A stretch of DNA of 64,000 bases from Octopus vulgaris (Eukaryota). A program made the position numbers and the translations under genes. Location of the stretch: assembly GCA_951406725.2 (NCBI GenBank), contig OX597815.1:80724001-80788000 (forward strand), given 5' to 3'. Below, piece by piece: positions 1 through 13,575 of this stretch; position 1 is the first letter of the stretch, and every line of letters begins with the position of its first letter. The notes beneath the pieces were generated by a model, which saw nothing but the letters and a program-made list of their open reading frames with translations, was not told where the DNA came from and did no database searches.

Positions 1-574
1 ACGTACATATATGTATGCAGCGTCCAAAACAGATGACCCGATGACTCGGATGTTGTTGCTCTTCCATTACTTTCGCAAACAGCAGTAACTTTCTTCAGCT
101 GAATACACATCATTGATTGGTTAAAATTACCTAAATATGACAAATTCAACACGAAATAACTTCTAAAATACAAAATTTTGTCAAAAACGTTAAGAGTAAA
201 CCGTGTTCTACGTGACTCAACCAGTATCTTAAGTTTCAAACTGTTTAGTTAAAAAAAATAATTAAAAAATCTGTGACTGAGATTGAAAAGATCCGATTCA
301 GCGGGGGTAAACCAGCATACGCTGTCGGGCCCCACTACTGATATCTGGGGTTGCGTTCTATGTCTTGACATGAGCATAGGACGGGGCTCGCCTCTTTGAG
401 TTTGGAAATGAATGGAATGCCTGGTGTGTGTCTTGCTGTGGCTACCCACTCCTAAAAAATGGAGAATAGGCCTGGGTGTTAATATAATATTGTGTGTATG
501 AATTGCTGTCACAGAATTTTAACATTATCATTACATTCCCTTGTTTTCTTGCAATATACATTTCAGAAGGAATT

Positions 575-1000
575 TTTAAAACATCGGAGATTGTAGTATG
601 ATGCAGTCATTGAATTTTTGACTTTAGGGAAGACTGTATCACAGACAGTCGATGATCCCATGTAAAATGTGATCCACCAGGACTGCCTCCATTTGCAACA
701 ATCAAACGTTGGACCACTGAGTGTCGTTACAAGAGGATGCCTCTTGACTGCTAACTGCGATCAGAACAGACAGTGAGGGCGACAACTAGAAAAAAAATGC
801 GCACGAGATTAATAACCGAAGTGGTGACTAATAACCGGAGTTGAGCCGTGGATCCATCAGTGCGATTACAAGCCGAAAGAACGACCCGAGCTGCAAAAGT
901 GTAAAGATTTTCTGCTGCGCAAGAAATTCAGATTTCTGTCTGGGATATACAAGATAAGAAACACGGCCTTCTAAGATTCTGGGGATGTGCTGAATATGTA
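575..1000 (+). mobile_element. Degenerate mariner-type transposase N-terminal fragment
   Basis: Broken translation 'IEFLTLG...PPFATIKRWTTECRYKRMPLDC*LRSEQ' resembles the mariner HTH region (S.ATV.RW...F..GR.SLED.PRSGRP). Stops and frameshifts present; boundaries approximate. Confidence 0.45.
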
Positions 1001-1526
1001 ACACACAAAGCAACGATCACAGGTGATTATAATGACGCGATTATTATTTGATGGTTAGGCGACTGCATTATAATAAAGCGTCATGGAAATTTGAATGCAC
1101 CTGTTTACGATGCTCGGGTGTTAAAGACTGTCATTCGTGAATATTTCATTGAATAGTTACTTCATTCAGCCTATTCATCAAACATTTTCCCCTGTCGTTT
1201 TCATGGGTTACCTAATTTGAATCTACCATTTGAGGGAGAGACAATTTTCCTGCGTTGAAGATCTTCATTCAGCCACAAAACAGTGGTTTTCTGAATAGGA
1301 CAATCAATTTTACCGAGATGACATTGAGTAGCCGTAAGACCGATACGTAAATATTGAAGTTAATAGTTACTTTGTTGAAACATATTTGTCGAAAAATTAA
1401 AATGAAACTATTCAATGTCTCCTGTCATGTCCGTAAATATGTTGGACTTGAAACTTGGAACAACCTTCGGGCATATATGTGCATACGCGCTTTTATGCGA
1501 GATAAATAGAGAGACAGACAGACAGA

Positions 1527-1564
<38 letters not shown>

Positions 1565-1898
1565 GAGAAAGAGGGAGACTTGATGTTTTCTCTTGCATAA
1601 AATTTACGTGTTCATTATGCGTGTGCAGAGGTTCTCTTATGTAAACATTACACACACACACATACACACACATATAGGCAGAGGCAATAAATACATACAT
1701 AAGCACATATATACATACATTCATGTATACATGTATATATATATATGTATATATATACGTATATGGATGCATATATGTATATACATATACATGCTTATAT
1801 ACATTCAAAAACATACACATATATATGTATATAGGTGTGTGTGTGTGTGTATACATATATATGTGTGTATGTGTGTGTATGCATGTATGTATAACTCA

Positions 1899-1931
<33 letters not shown>

Positions 1932-2145
1932 CATTATGAGTTATAAGAGTTTTATCTTGGCTATTGAATAATTGTCACATGTTATTTTACAGATAAATTC
2001 CTCTATTTAAATAATATTGAGGCCTCTTTCTTTCTTTTGTTATTTTACCGTTTTTACCAATATATATATATATGTATATATATCTTTAGTTATACACATA
2101 TATATTCATGTGTGTAGAAGTGTGTGTGTATGTATGTATACATAC

Positions 2146-2190
<45 letters not shown>

Positions 2191-2795
2191 AACAGAAAAG
2201 ATGTTGTACATAAAACTACAATCGCTTACAGAGAGGAAGAAAGAGGGGAAGAGAGAGAGGGAAAGGGGAGGACAAGAGAACTCAATACAGGATATATTTG
2301 TGTAATAAAATTTATTGTGGGAATGGGAATTTTCAATGAATTTCTCAAAATCATCAGACAGTTCGTTACGGAGAATCCTTTCACAAGAATGAGACAACCG
2401 GTCAGCGTTAAAACCTGCGTGTCGGACACACAAGCACACACGCGCGCGCATAGCTGTTCTATGTTCTATGCAGTGTCCGAAAATTTCCCATCGAAGTCGC
2501 CAGGTGTCAACTAAGATAAGATTACAATACTGAAACAGCAGACAAACTTATAAGTGTTACAATGTAAATAGTAAGTAAGGTGAGTAACAGTCGGTAACAT
2601 TCACGAGAAGGAATTACAGTTGAGCAAGTATTAAGAGAGAGGCGGGGGTGGAGGGATGACAATGTCGAGTTAGAAAGGAGAAAGAAGAGGAGTTAAAAAC
2701 TAGAGGTGGGTTGATTTAAGAAACGGGGTCGGAAATGGAGAAATGTAGAGGTGAGACAGACAGAATAGTTACAACATGGAGGGCGTTAGCATATT

Positions 2796-3137
2796 CTTTT
2801 CTACTGTATGCACAAGGCTCGAAATTTTGGGGGAGTGGGCCAGTCAATTAGATTGACCCCAATACGCAACTGGTACTTATTTCATCGACCCTCGGCAGAA
2901 TTTGAACTCAGAACATAAAGATAGACGAAATACCTATTTCTTTACTATCCACAAGGGGCTAAACACAGAGAGGTCAAACAAGGTCGGACAAACGGATTAA
3001 GTCGATTATATCGACCCCAGTGCGTAAGTGGTACTTATTTAATCGACCCCGAAAGGATGAAAGGCAAAGTCGACCTCGGCAGAATTTGAACACAGAACGT
3101 AGCGGCAGACGAAATACCGCTAAGTATTTTGCCCGGC
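2796..3137 (-). mobile_element. Dimeric tRNA-derived SINE (family A, Meta/Sauria-like core), 5'-truncated
   Basis: Minus strand carries GCCTTTCATCCTTTCGGGGTCGATTAAATAAGTACC and a second, partly deleted body. A 17-bp TSD GAGGRCGTTAGCATATT lies at 2779-2795 and 3138-3154. Confidence 0.85.
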
Positions 3138-5659
3138 GAGGACGTTAGCATATTGTGCATTCTTTTTTAAAACAACTGTATTATAGTTAAACATCTGCGC
3201 GCATATGCGTGTATGTGTATCTGTGTATGTGAATGTGTGTCTGTGTGTGTGTGTATGTATGAGGTTCAGACACGTGTATGTATGTGGATGGGAGTTATTG
3301 TAAAATTGAAGTGAAATTGTTTTTGTATTCCAGTCTACGGATTGTCTGACTTTCTCTCTTTGCCCGAGAAATCAAAAATCTGGTTTCGAGGTGGGAACAT
3401 GTTATTGCTAACGATGGCTTACGATATTTTGAATGAATAAATATATTTACATGTTTTATGCTGATTTGAACTCATTACATCAAATACGACATTACTTTTT
3501 GGTGCCCTTAATATGTGCGCATCCATGCATGTAAGCGTCGCTTAAATTTCATCAGTTAAAGAGCAATTTTAATTAAACTTCTTGTAAATCTTGTGTTCGT
3601 ACATTTTATTTTTCCTTTTCTTACTGTAAATCATGTACGCTCGCACAAGCTTAAAGGAAACTGCCTTGCGATGTCTGTTTCAGTTCTTTTGCGTTCTGGC
3701 TGCTATGCATGAGCGAACACTGATGCCACGCTGTCACGGATCAAGTCGGCGGTCTTTTTCTTCGATAAACAAAGATGGCGTGGAAAGAGAAGACGGGCAT
3801 GCTAAACTTCTTGAAAAAATATTGCTCAAGCCTGGACGTACACATACAGATACAAAGTAAACATCAACCTACGAGACCCTTCCATCTTTGCTACGAAATG
3901 TAATTTTTTCCTAACATACTTGTCTTCCATGTTTATGATTATTTATGTTTTAAAGTGTGATGGTTGATTGCATTCTGTATTATTTACTGAGACTAGCAAG
4001 AAAAGGGATGATGCATTATTGGAGCACTGCATTTTAGTTATACATATGGTGTACCGCTGGAGATCCCCTATTATAAGGTAGACAGTCCTTTTTCGATAAA
4101 GTTAAGAGGCGTGTTTGGAAGTTTGAAATTTAAGAAGTTCTACAGGATGTACACATTTAATATTTCTTTTTCTATGCGTTATAAACATCTTAAAACTTCT
4201 AGTGGTCGTAAGCTATGTATCGCGTCATTTCATCCTTGTTTGGAATTGTCAGCACGGCATATCACGAGGCAAATTTATTACGCTCAGTTTAGGAAGTTCA
4301 ATTTAGGCAATTCTTATCGAGAGAAAATAGTTTTCAATTTATAAGTCATACATGGGGATGCTGCTTTAAAAAAATACAAAATGGCTGATAAAGTGCTTTA
4401 GTTGCTGAGTAACTAAGTTTAAGGAAAGGTGGGAGTTATAATTATGGTGTCGGCTTTATACAGAGCTGTGATACATTTTGTTGGAGAGCGGGAAGAATAT
4501 GTCCACAAAACTTAATCACAGTAGGTGAAACGAAAGATCTTTGTAGTACACTATTTGGAATGTTCTCTTAAAAAGAGAATTTTGTGTTCTTAATTGCTAT
4601 TTAGTCCCGTGACAATATTTGTTAAGCAATCTACTGCCCAAAGGCATTGTAAGCTTGACTACTCAGGCTTTTTCACTATCATCTAAGACTAAATCACCAA
4701 ATGCGCCCTTCCTGTTGATTCGAAACAGATTCGGTCGCTCTTTGTAGTATACCGAACCACCATATGCAGGCTCTATCATTTGTGGAGCAGTCAGTGGTGT
4801 AACAAGATGTTTACACCGCAATCTTGTAAAGCTGCAGATCTCATAAATAAAAAGAAAGAAAAAAACAATAAAAAGACAAAAGGTAAAAAGAGTGTATTTT
4901 TGAAATCCATTCGTTTGTCGCAACAGTCAAAAACATAGAAAATTGAAAAATTTCGAACAGTTCCACTCATTAATACATTAATTGTTTGTTATCACAACCG
5001 ACAAAGTGTTTTATCTATAAGGCAATGTTTTGAACAGAAAGTTTTGTTTTGAAATTAGAAAAAATATAAACAAACAGTAACAACTTTTTTTCTTTGTTTA
5101 CATGTTTTTTTCTTTCTCTTTCTTTCTTTTCTTTTCTTTTCTTTCTTTCTTTTTTTTTTGCTATAAAGTTTCAAACTTCAAGAGAAACGTTACTACAACG
5201 AGTAATATATCTCGTGCATGTTTATAAATGCTTATGAATTAAAGAAAAGGTTGTCCAGTGTCCTATATTGAAAAAGATATTTAATTATTTTTTCAAAGTC
5301 GTCAAAACTGAACTGCGATTTTTCCGAAACAAAGACAAGAAACACCTACATACACAAAGATGCACCTGTACGCATGCATACAAATATCATAGGAATACAC
5401 ATATTAAACAACGTAGGAGTTCAGTAATCTCTAGTTTACCTTCTCCCCCTCCCCCGCCCCCGTTATAGCTATAGTCTGATGAAGTAAAGAAAGGACGTAT
5501 GTGTGAAAGAGACATAGTTTGAGGAACTGAAGTGACTAGTATCAGTGAGAGGGATTCAGTGTGACTAGTATCAGTGAGAGGGTGGGAAGAAACATAATGA
5601 CCGCTCATCTTCCTATCGTTTTCGTCATTAGTCTCAATTTCACACTTTGCCACACACTC

Positions 5660-5703
5660 TCTTGTATCACTCACTTTTTTTCTTACGTTTTCCTCTCTCT
5701 CTC

Positions 5704-5747
<44 letters not shown>

Positions 5748-5964
5748 TTGTATCACCAATTTTTTCTTACGCTTTTCCTCTCTCTCTCTCTTGTATCACC
5801 AATTTTTCTTACGCTTTCCCCCCTCTCTCTCTCTCTCTCTCTTGTATCACCAATTTTTTCTTAGGCTTCCCCCCCCTCTCTCTCTCTCTCTTGTATCACC
5901 ATTTTTTTCCTACGCTTTCCTCCCTCTCTCTCTCTCCTGTATCACTCATTTTTCTTACGCTTTT

Positions 5965-5990
<26 letters not shown>
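5660..5990. repeat. Compound minisatellite: 6 copies of TGTATCAC(C/T)(A/C)ATTTTTTCTTACGCTTTTCC separated by (CT)n
   Basis: Units start near 5663, 5749, 5792, 5843, 5892 and 5938. Confidence 0.9.
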
Positions 5991-5999
<9 letters not shown>

Positions 6000-6000
6000 C

Positions 6001-6048
<48 letters not shown>

Positions 6049-6366
6049 TGTGTGATTCTATTAGAGTTTTTAGACTTGAAAAAGATCGGAGTTCTAATTT
6101 CCAACCCCCATCCCGCTTTGCTTCTTTCTGCTTTCCTTTTCGTTTTCCGATTTTTCAATCTTCCACCTTTTATACCTACTTCTTTTTCACCTTTTCTGAC
6201 CTTTTCTCTCATTCTATCTTCCTTGTCGACCTATTTTTAGCTTCTTATGCCATGAGAGCAGTGCCTGAAGACTGCGCTGAGACACCAAACGCGCTAAAAA
6301 TAATGTCTGTCATGCTTTCATAGAATGAAACGGATAGTAACACATAAAAACATATACTGTATTTAT

Positions 6367-6435
<69 letters not shown>

Positions 6436-6474
6436 CCAAGACAAATGAAAATATACGAAATAAAAAGCGATTAC

Positions 6475-6548
6475 CTATGTACCATTGGTTTCACTTGTTA
6501 ATATTTGCATATATGGACACGCAAATATCTGCAAGATCATCAGCATAG
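6475..6548 (-). ncRNA. Type I hammerhead ribozyme motif, canonical core
   Basis: Minus strand: CUAUG-CUGAUGA-UCUUG..(AUAUUUGC/GCAAAUAU)..CAAGU-GAAA-CC-AAU-GG-UA|CAUAG. Stems I, II and III pair and the cleavage triplet is GUA. Confidence 0.8.
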
Positions 6549-7251
6549 TCTGTCGTTTACAAAACATAATTTCTACCCTTATTTAATTTTATACATATAT
6601 ATAGGTATGTGTGTATATATATATTATATGTATGTGTGTGTGCGCGTGCATGTATGTGTATGAGTGTGTATGTATATATATATATATGCATATATATATA
6701 TATGCACATTCATTCATACATACATGCATACATACATATGTAAATACATTGATACCCGTCCTTCCTATCTGTCTTCCACCATTTTCTTAATCTCCTTTCT
6801 GTTTCTATCAGTCTCACTATTCCTCCCTCCACTCTATATATCTCTCAACCAGTGTTTCTCGTTCTTTCATTGAAGTGAACCACTGTATCCTTGTTGAGCA
6901 CGTTTTCCTGAAACCCTTAACTCGACACTCTGTGTTCTCGGCGCACTTCTCTCTACAAGACTACTTCATCTAATGTATGACTTCAAGTTGCTAATTCTTG
7001 TTATTAATGCTTGCTTGTTATCGATTGCTGTCGCTGCTTTTGTTGGTAGTGTTGTTGTCGTCACCGTCGTTGACATTGTATCAGAATTTTCTAGTAAATA
7101 AATTAACAAAGAGAACTTTGTCAAAGCAGCAAATGTAAGATTTCTGACCTTATGGAGTTGCCATAATTATAATTTCCGACATATTCTCATTTTCTTGCTA
7201 CTCTAGTAAGTTGTCGTTTCTGCTTCTGTATGGTCTTGCTGCACTCGTGGC

Positions 7252-7410
<159 letters not shown>

Positions 7411-7965
7411 TGCTGTTGTTTTTGTTGTTGTCGTTAAGAAATTCCGGTGAAAGCAAAATACCATAAATCAATCGGCGCCGTGTAAGATAATTTAATTATG
7501 TTGCTATTGTTGTTACCCTTGTCTAGCTTTTAGCTCCGGGTCAGTTTTTATGTGACCTTATTTAGAAACATATATCCAATGTTACCATGCTTTTACTTTA
7601 TTCTTGTTTTTTTTAATTTTTTTTTCTTCAAAACTGATTGGTGTCGTTGCGATTTGGAGCTCGGCCGAGCGAGTGATCATACAGAAGTTCTTTTATTACC
7701 TCGAATTTCTTCTTGTTATGGTTAATTCTCTTATTGCAGCTGCTTCTGTGTTCTTAGTAGTTCCATGTTGTTAAGAATTTCACAGAGAAGTAATTATATT
7801 CATAAATTACTCTAATGAATTGAACAGATAAATGCGTCACAACTGATAAATGCGTAACCCAACACATCTTTCCTATATCTCTGTTTCATTTCATCTGTTC
7901 TCACTCATACATGTACAGACATGTACACAAACTCATGCATGTATACCCACAGACGTGCATACACT

Positions 7966-8905
7966 TAGATCTAACACGATTTATGAAAGGCCAGGGAGAA
8001 CAGATGAAGAAACTTTGGCAAGACAAGAAAATGCACAGTCAGTTCTTGAAGAATAAAGATGAGATCGATTGGAATAGAACCTGGCAATGGCAGCAGAATG
8101 GAAACTTAAAAGGGCGCAATGAAGCATTAGTGTGCAGCGCTTAAGAACAAGATCTCAGAACAAACTACTCTAAATATCACTTTGAGGAAATCACTGACTC
8201 ACCACTGTGTAGCATGTGCTCGGAGAAGGGAGAAAGTATAAGCCATATTGTTAATGAGTGCTGTAAGCTCGCATAACGCGAATACAAAAGGAGACACGAC
8301 AAAGTGGCCAGATATGTCCACTGGTTGTTGTGGGGTAAAGCAAACCTCGAGAGAGTCGAACAATGGTATGAACATTAACCAGAGGGAGTAATAGAAAAGG
8401 AACATTACAAAATACTCTGGGATTTTAACATACAGTGGGACCAAGTCATAGAGGCGAGACGGCCAGATATCGTGATCATCCATAAAGATGAAAAAGAAGC
8501 AAAGATAATAGATGTTGCAATACCAGGCAATTCGAGGGTGAAATGTAAGGAAACAGAATAGAATGAGAAATACAAGCCACTGCGGGACGAGATAAGAAAG
8601 TTATGGGCATAAGGAAAGTAATGGTGATACCGGTGGTAATTGGAGCATGAGGAGCAGTTTCCAAGAGCTTTGAAAAACATATTAAGAATATTGGAGCTAT
8701 TGCACGGCTCGAAGTAATCCAGAGGACTGCATTGTTGTGTACAGCTCGCATTCTAAGGAGAGTATTGTCTCTTTGAGTCACAGGAGAGGCACTACTTGAA
8801 ACCTTTGGTAATCTGTTATTGCCTGCTTTCAAGTAAAGAACAACCGGTAATTAAGAACTATCCGGGAGTCTTTCAGAATAATAACAAAAACAACAACAAC
8901 AACAA
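7966..8905 (+). mobile_element. 5'-truncated R4/Dong-clade non-LTR retrotransposon (CCHC knuckle + restriction-like endonuclease), pseudogenised
   Basis: Translation 'LCSMCSEKGESISHIVNECCKLA*REYKRRHDKVARYVHW...ILWDFNIQ...RRPDIVI...IIDVAIP...EKYKPL...ALLCTARILRRVLSL*' with stop at 8774-8776, followed by a short 3' UTR and an AAT/AAC tail. Confidence 0.9.
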
Positions 8906-8999
8906 AAGTTCCTTTGTTACTGCCAACAGGACCACACATATATTAATAGCATAAAACATCGAATTTACAAAACGCTCTGGATACTCAAAAGTTAAGTTA

Positions 9000-10020
9000 T
9001 ATAAAACTGGGGAGCGAGGGAAAGTTGTTATACAATATATTAAAACGTTAAATGCTGTTACAGCTACAGAAAGTCAGATGAATATATAAAAGAAAATATT
9101 CAATTTAAGAAAATAAAACATTCACGCTTAGGTAAGAATCCACTATCTACTTTGAATTAAAGCACCCCACAACTTCAATGTCAACCCACCCCAGCCACTC
9201 GTCATATAGGGATCTGGAACACTTCAAGATTCGACATGAGAAATTTCTTGGTTGGATAGGAGAAAATCCATCCATTGTACTTTGGCTAAGCTTTCTTCGA
9301 GTGATAGATCATTGATATATTCTTCAACAGCACCTCGCTTCTATATCTTTTAAATCAAGGCTTAATTCCTCCTCCTCAAATATCATACCATCAACTTAGT
9401 TACACTTCAGAACGACCAGAGTGATGCTAGGGGCGCCTTACTTATTAGCGTGAGTGTGAATTTCACATCATCCTGTGGTGTGGGCCCTTTCCATGCATTT
9501 TACACACATTTTGATTTTGACTCATTGTTTTTGCTCTTGTTTTTTTTTAACTGGCTCCGATGGTTTTCCGACCCTCTCGACCTCTACTTGCATCCCATTG
9601 AAATACGACTTTTGAGAGCTGATGTTATTGATTTTGGCTCAGCTCCGCTCTTTTTCTCCGCCTCTTTAGTTCTTCCTAGCAGAAACCCCACAGATAGATT
9701 TTACTACCACACATGTAGCAATTAGGTCTTCTGCCTTGTGCTACTTCTCTTACGGCTTTTACTTTAGCATTCTCAACAAAGTAATATTTCGGTATGCTAC
9801 TGCGATCTTGAGGGATGAAGTCATTAGGGCATGTATTCTCATGGAGACCCCACACAATCATTTGTCCGCACTGACCTACTTAGGTCAACGTCATTCTCAA
9901 CATCTTAACGCTTCCCTCATTTGTAGAGAAAATATTGCACTAGATATCGGCCAGGGCTATATCTTATTGCTGTTCTGGGGCAAGAGGTAACCCAGTTCAA
10001 TTTTTGTGATAGATATGCAT
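9000..10020 (-). mobile_element. Probable LINE ORF1 (Gag-like) remnant with zinc knuckle
   Basis: 'VAQGRRPNCYMCGSKIYLWGFC' (about 9677-9745) fits CX2CX4[H>Y]X4C preceded by GRRP, as in L1/Tx1-type ORF1. Boundaries uncertain. Confidence 0.5.
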
Positions 10021-10784
10021 AGACATGCAACATCTCCCTTCACCGGTACTTAGTTCTTAAATGCAAAAAATTTCCGACTGTATAAGTATTTTAGTTACCG
10101 AAAACTGTCAGATTTCTTCTATTTGTATTGAAAATATGCTTGTTATTGGCAATGCTAGCAAATGAGAAAATGTTATTTTTTCTTGTTTCCTTCATAATTC
10201 AGAGTGCTCGTGAGAGTGTGTGTGCGTGTATGCGTGTGTGCATTGTATGTGTATGTGTGTGCGCGCGCGCGTATGCGTTAGTGTGTGTGTGAGTGTGTGT
10301 GTGAGTGTGTGCTTGTTGTTTTCGTTGTTGTTCGTTATCACTATGAATGTTCGACTTATAATTACAGTTTTCTGTGAAAAATTCATTATTTTTTCTTCTT
10401 GTGAAATGTTTATCTTCTGCTGCGTAATTAAACTTATATATTTTTTCTGTTTAATTCTCCGTAAACACGTGTTAGTCTTCATCCGTATCTTTAGGGGAAT
10501 ATACGACTGTCCTAGTAACCACATTGAAAAAAATTTAATCAAACGAAAATAAAATGAGGTCTCAAAATATGCCCTTTTTTGTCTATCTCAAGTACTATGG
10601 TAAATTCTAAACTTCGTCACATTTCCTCTACTCGAAAATAATCCATAAAACGAAATTTTCATTCACTAAATGTGACAAAAATTTCGGTTCTATTGAAACG
10701 AAAACTCAGACAATTTTCTATATCCGTAAATGATGGTGACAGTGATGACGATGATGATGATGATGATGACGACGATGATGATCT

Positions 10785-10965
10785 TGGAATTTGGTGGGAT
10801 GAGGATAGTAGATTACCCCGATCCAGTATTTGACTGGTACTTATTTCATTAACTTCGAAGGATGGAAGGCAAAGCCGACGTCGACGGATTTGAACTCAGA
10901 ACATAAAGACGGATAAAATGCCGTCAACTACTTTTTTCAGGCGTGCTAGCGATTCTGCCAGCTTG
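10785..10965 (-). mobile_element. SINE family A, degenerate copy
   Basis: Similar to 11315-11532 (ctggtacttatt...ggatg.aaggcaaag.cgac...tttgaactcagaac). Confidence 0.75.
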
Positions 10966-11314
10966 TGCAAATTGAAGGAAATTGTGCAATTATTTCTTGC
11001 AGTTCATGTTCTCTAGGTAGTGGTTCGCTTGTTAGCTCGTTAAATACTTGCGGTTGATTCTAAACTACTAAAAGATCACTCAACCAAGAAACTCACAGTT
11101 GTATTTAATCCAGAATTATATGATTGCAAAGTGAAATAAACTACACACAGCCAAGTCTTCTCACATATATTTAGATAGATAAATTCTATATGTAATGGCA
11201 CCTTTCTCAGTAGCGGTCAATTTCCTTTAAATCATATCCTGCTGTCTTAAAGAACTGGCGCATTATTGAATAACATAGCCCTAGACATATCCCTGAACTC
11301 ATGGTAGAATTTCT

Positions 11315-11532
11315 TATTTCTTTATTGCCCACAAGGGCCTAAACATAGAGGGGACAAACAAGGACAGACAAACGGATTAAGTCGATTACATCGAACCCAG
11401 TGCTTAACTGGTACTTAATTTATCGACCCCGACAGGATGAAAGACAAAGTCGACCTCGGCGGAATTTAAACTCACAACGTAACGGCAAAGCATTTCGCCC
11501 GGCGTGCTAACGATTCTGCCAGCTCGCCGCCT
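11315..11532 (-). mobile_element. Full-length monomeric SINE family A with TSD
   Basis: Head GGCGGCGAGCTGGCAGAATCGTTAGC, B-box-like GAGTTTAAATTCC and Meta-like core. TSD TCATGGTAGAATTTCT at 11299-11314 and 11537-11552. Confidence 0.9.
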
Positions 11533-12745
11533 TGAATCATGGTAGAATTTCTGTAACTTTGATCGTTAAATTGAATTAGCAAAAGCAACATGCATCTAAT
11601 TTAGGCATAAATCCTGGAGTTTTGGGGTGAAAATGTTACTCGATTATATCGACCGCAGTACTTGGCTGGCATTTATTTTATCAGCCTTCAAAGGAGGATG
11701 GGCAAAATTGCAAAATTGATCACGTTTTGGGTTTGAACTGAAAACATAAAGAACTGACAAAAATACTACAAGGTAGTTTGTCCGAGGTGCTAACGAATCT
11801 GAGAATCTACCACCCTTACAAATGAATAGCATAGTTTAACGTAGCAAGTTTTTATTTGGAGGTTGCAAGATATTTTACTGTTTCATCCATTCCAACAGGC
11901 CAACCCATTCCATTTACTCAAACACGCGTTAACAATAACGTAAATGTAATGTATATTATGCCAAAACAAAGAAAGGAAAAAGACCCCAAAAAAAAACAAA
12001 GCCAAAAATAATGAAGTCTAAAAAGATAGTGATGCTGTTGTTGGTGGTGGGGGAGGATGGTGGTGGTGGTGGTGGTGGCGGCGGTGGCGGAGGTGATGGT
12101 ATTGATGATGGTGATAATGATGACTGACGAAGGCCTGTGAGTTTTTTTGCACGTTGAGCGCGAAATCGTGTGTTAACTACTAGCCTGGCTAATCGTTTTT
12201 ACTCGCACCAACGTTATTTCTTACAAACGATCGTCATTGAAATAGAGAGCAGATGTGGTTAGCATGGAAAAAAACAATGAGGTAGCGGTTGAGTAAACCA
12301 AAGCATAGCGTGAAAGTAACTCTTGAGAGCGATGAAGCCAGATAGGGAAGATAGGGAGATATATAGGAAAGTGATTACTATAATATAGATTATTGTGAAG
12401 ATTCGTGGAAATAATAACGGAAAACCAAAACAGATCTGGAATTGTCTCCCGTACTTACCATGGTAATTAGAATAATATTAATCATTGAGCTAATGTTGTC
12501 TTTTCCTCACCACATAATTATTAATTAGATATTTGATGCCCATTACATTAAATATGTCAACACTAATTTAAATACTGTTTTTTCATGTGGGTGGCGTTTC
12601 TCAGTGGTTTATTATTTAAATTAAGGGGAAGGCGTGAGAGAGATAGCATGAGGAAACAAGGAAGAAGAGGAATGTCAGATAGGAAGAAGCACAGAGAGTG
12701 AGTGAGTGAGTGAGTGAGTGAGTGGGGGAGATAGAGATAGAGATA

Positions 12746-12802
<57 letters not shown>

Positions 12803-13312
12803 AGTATAAGAGGACATGAGTATTGCTATATGAAGGATTGTTAGCGCCTAAAAGTGGGAAATTAAAAAGAGGCTGTCAGAGATAAACTGGAGAAAGAAAA
12901 AAAAAACAAGGAAGCGGAGGTTATGAGAACTGTAATGGTGTGAGGAAGCAGAGAAGTAGATGCTGGGAAGGAAATGATGGTACCGAGAAACAAGGTGGTT
13001 ATTGAGATTGGGTTAATGTGAGGGAGGATGGAGGCAGTCATGTAAAAGAAACTGAAAATACACAAGGTTGACGCGGATACAGTTTCTGGGTGTGTCGTTA
13101 GTCTCTCGGTGTCTCTTGGTTTCAATATTTTTTTATTTTTATTTATTTATTTTTTTTTTTACCTAAAATAAATAGACCTCAGGCGCCGAAATGACCCGAT
13201 TATAAAATATGATCAAATAAAAATAAATATTGATATAAAATATTCCTGTAGAGTGTTATGAAGGTGATGAAGGTGATGGTGATGGTGATGGATGCAGACG
13301 CTAATGGTGATG

Positions 13313-13313
13313 A

Positions 13314-13377
<64 letters not shown>

Positions 13378-13390
13378 GTTGTTGTTGTTG

Positions 13391-13469
<79 letters not shown>

Positions 13470-13490
13470 TATCATTATTATTATTATTAA

Positions 13491-13526
<36 letters not shown>

Positions 13527-13575
13527 CATTATTATTATTATTATTATTATTATTGTTATTATCATCATCATCATT
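13313..13575. repeat. Compound (ATT)n/(GTT)n/(ATC)n microsatellite
   Basis: Read directly from the sequence. Confidence 0.95.

Noticed and set aside
4663-4850. Minus-strand ORF 'ICSFTRLRCKHLVTPLTAPQMIEPAYGG...' as an exon
   Set aside because: No recognisable homology, a weak acceptor and no partner exons.
5660-5990. CRISPR-like repeat-spacer look
   Set aside because: The spacers are only (CT)n, the context is eukaryotic, and there are no cas genes.
6260-6300. CTGAAGA...CAAACGCG hammerhead-like string
   Set aside because: GAAA and the cleavage triplet are missing, and stems I and II do not pair.
12278-12300. TGAGGTAG let-7-like seed
   Set aside because: The rest does not match let-7 and there is no precursor hairpin.
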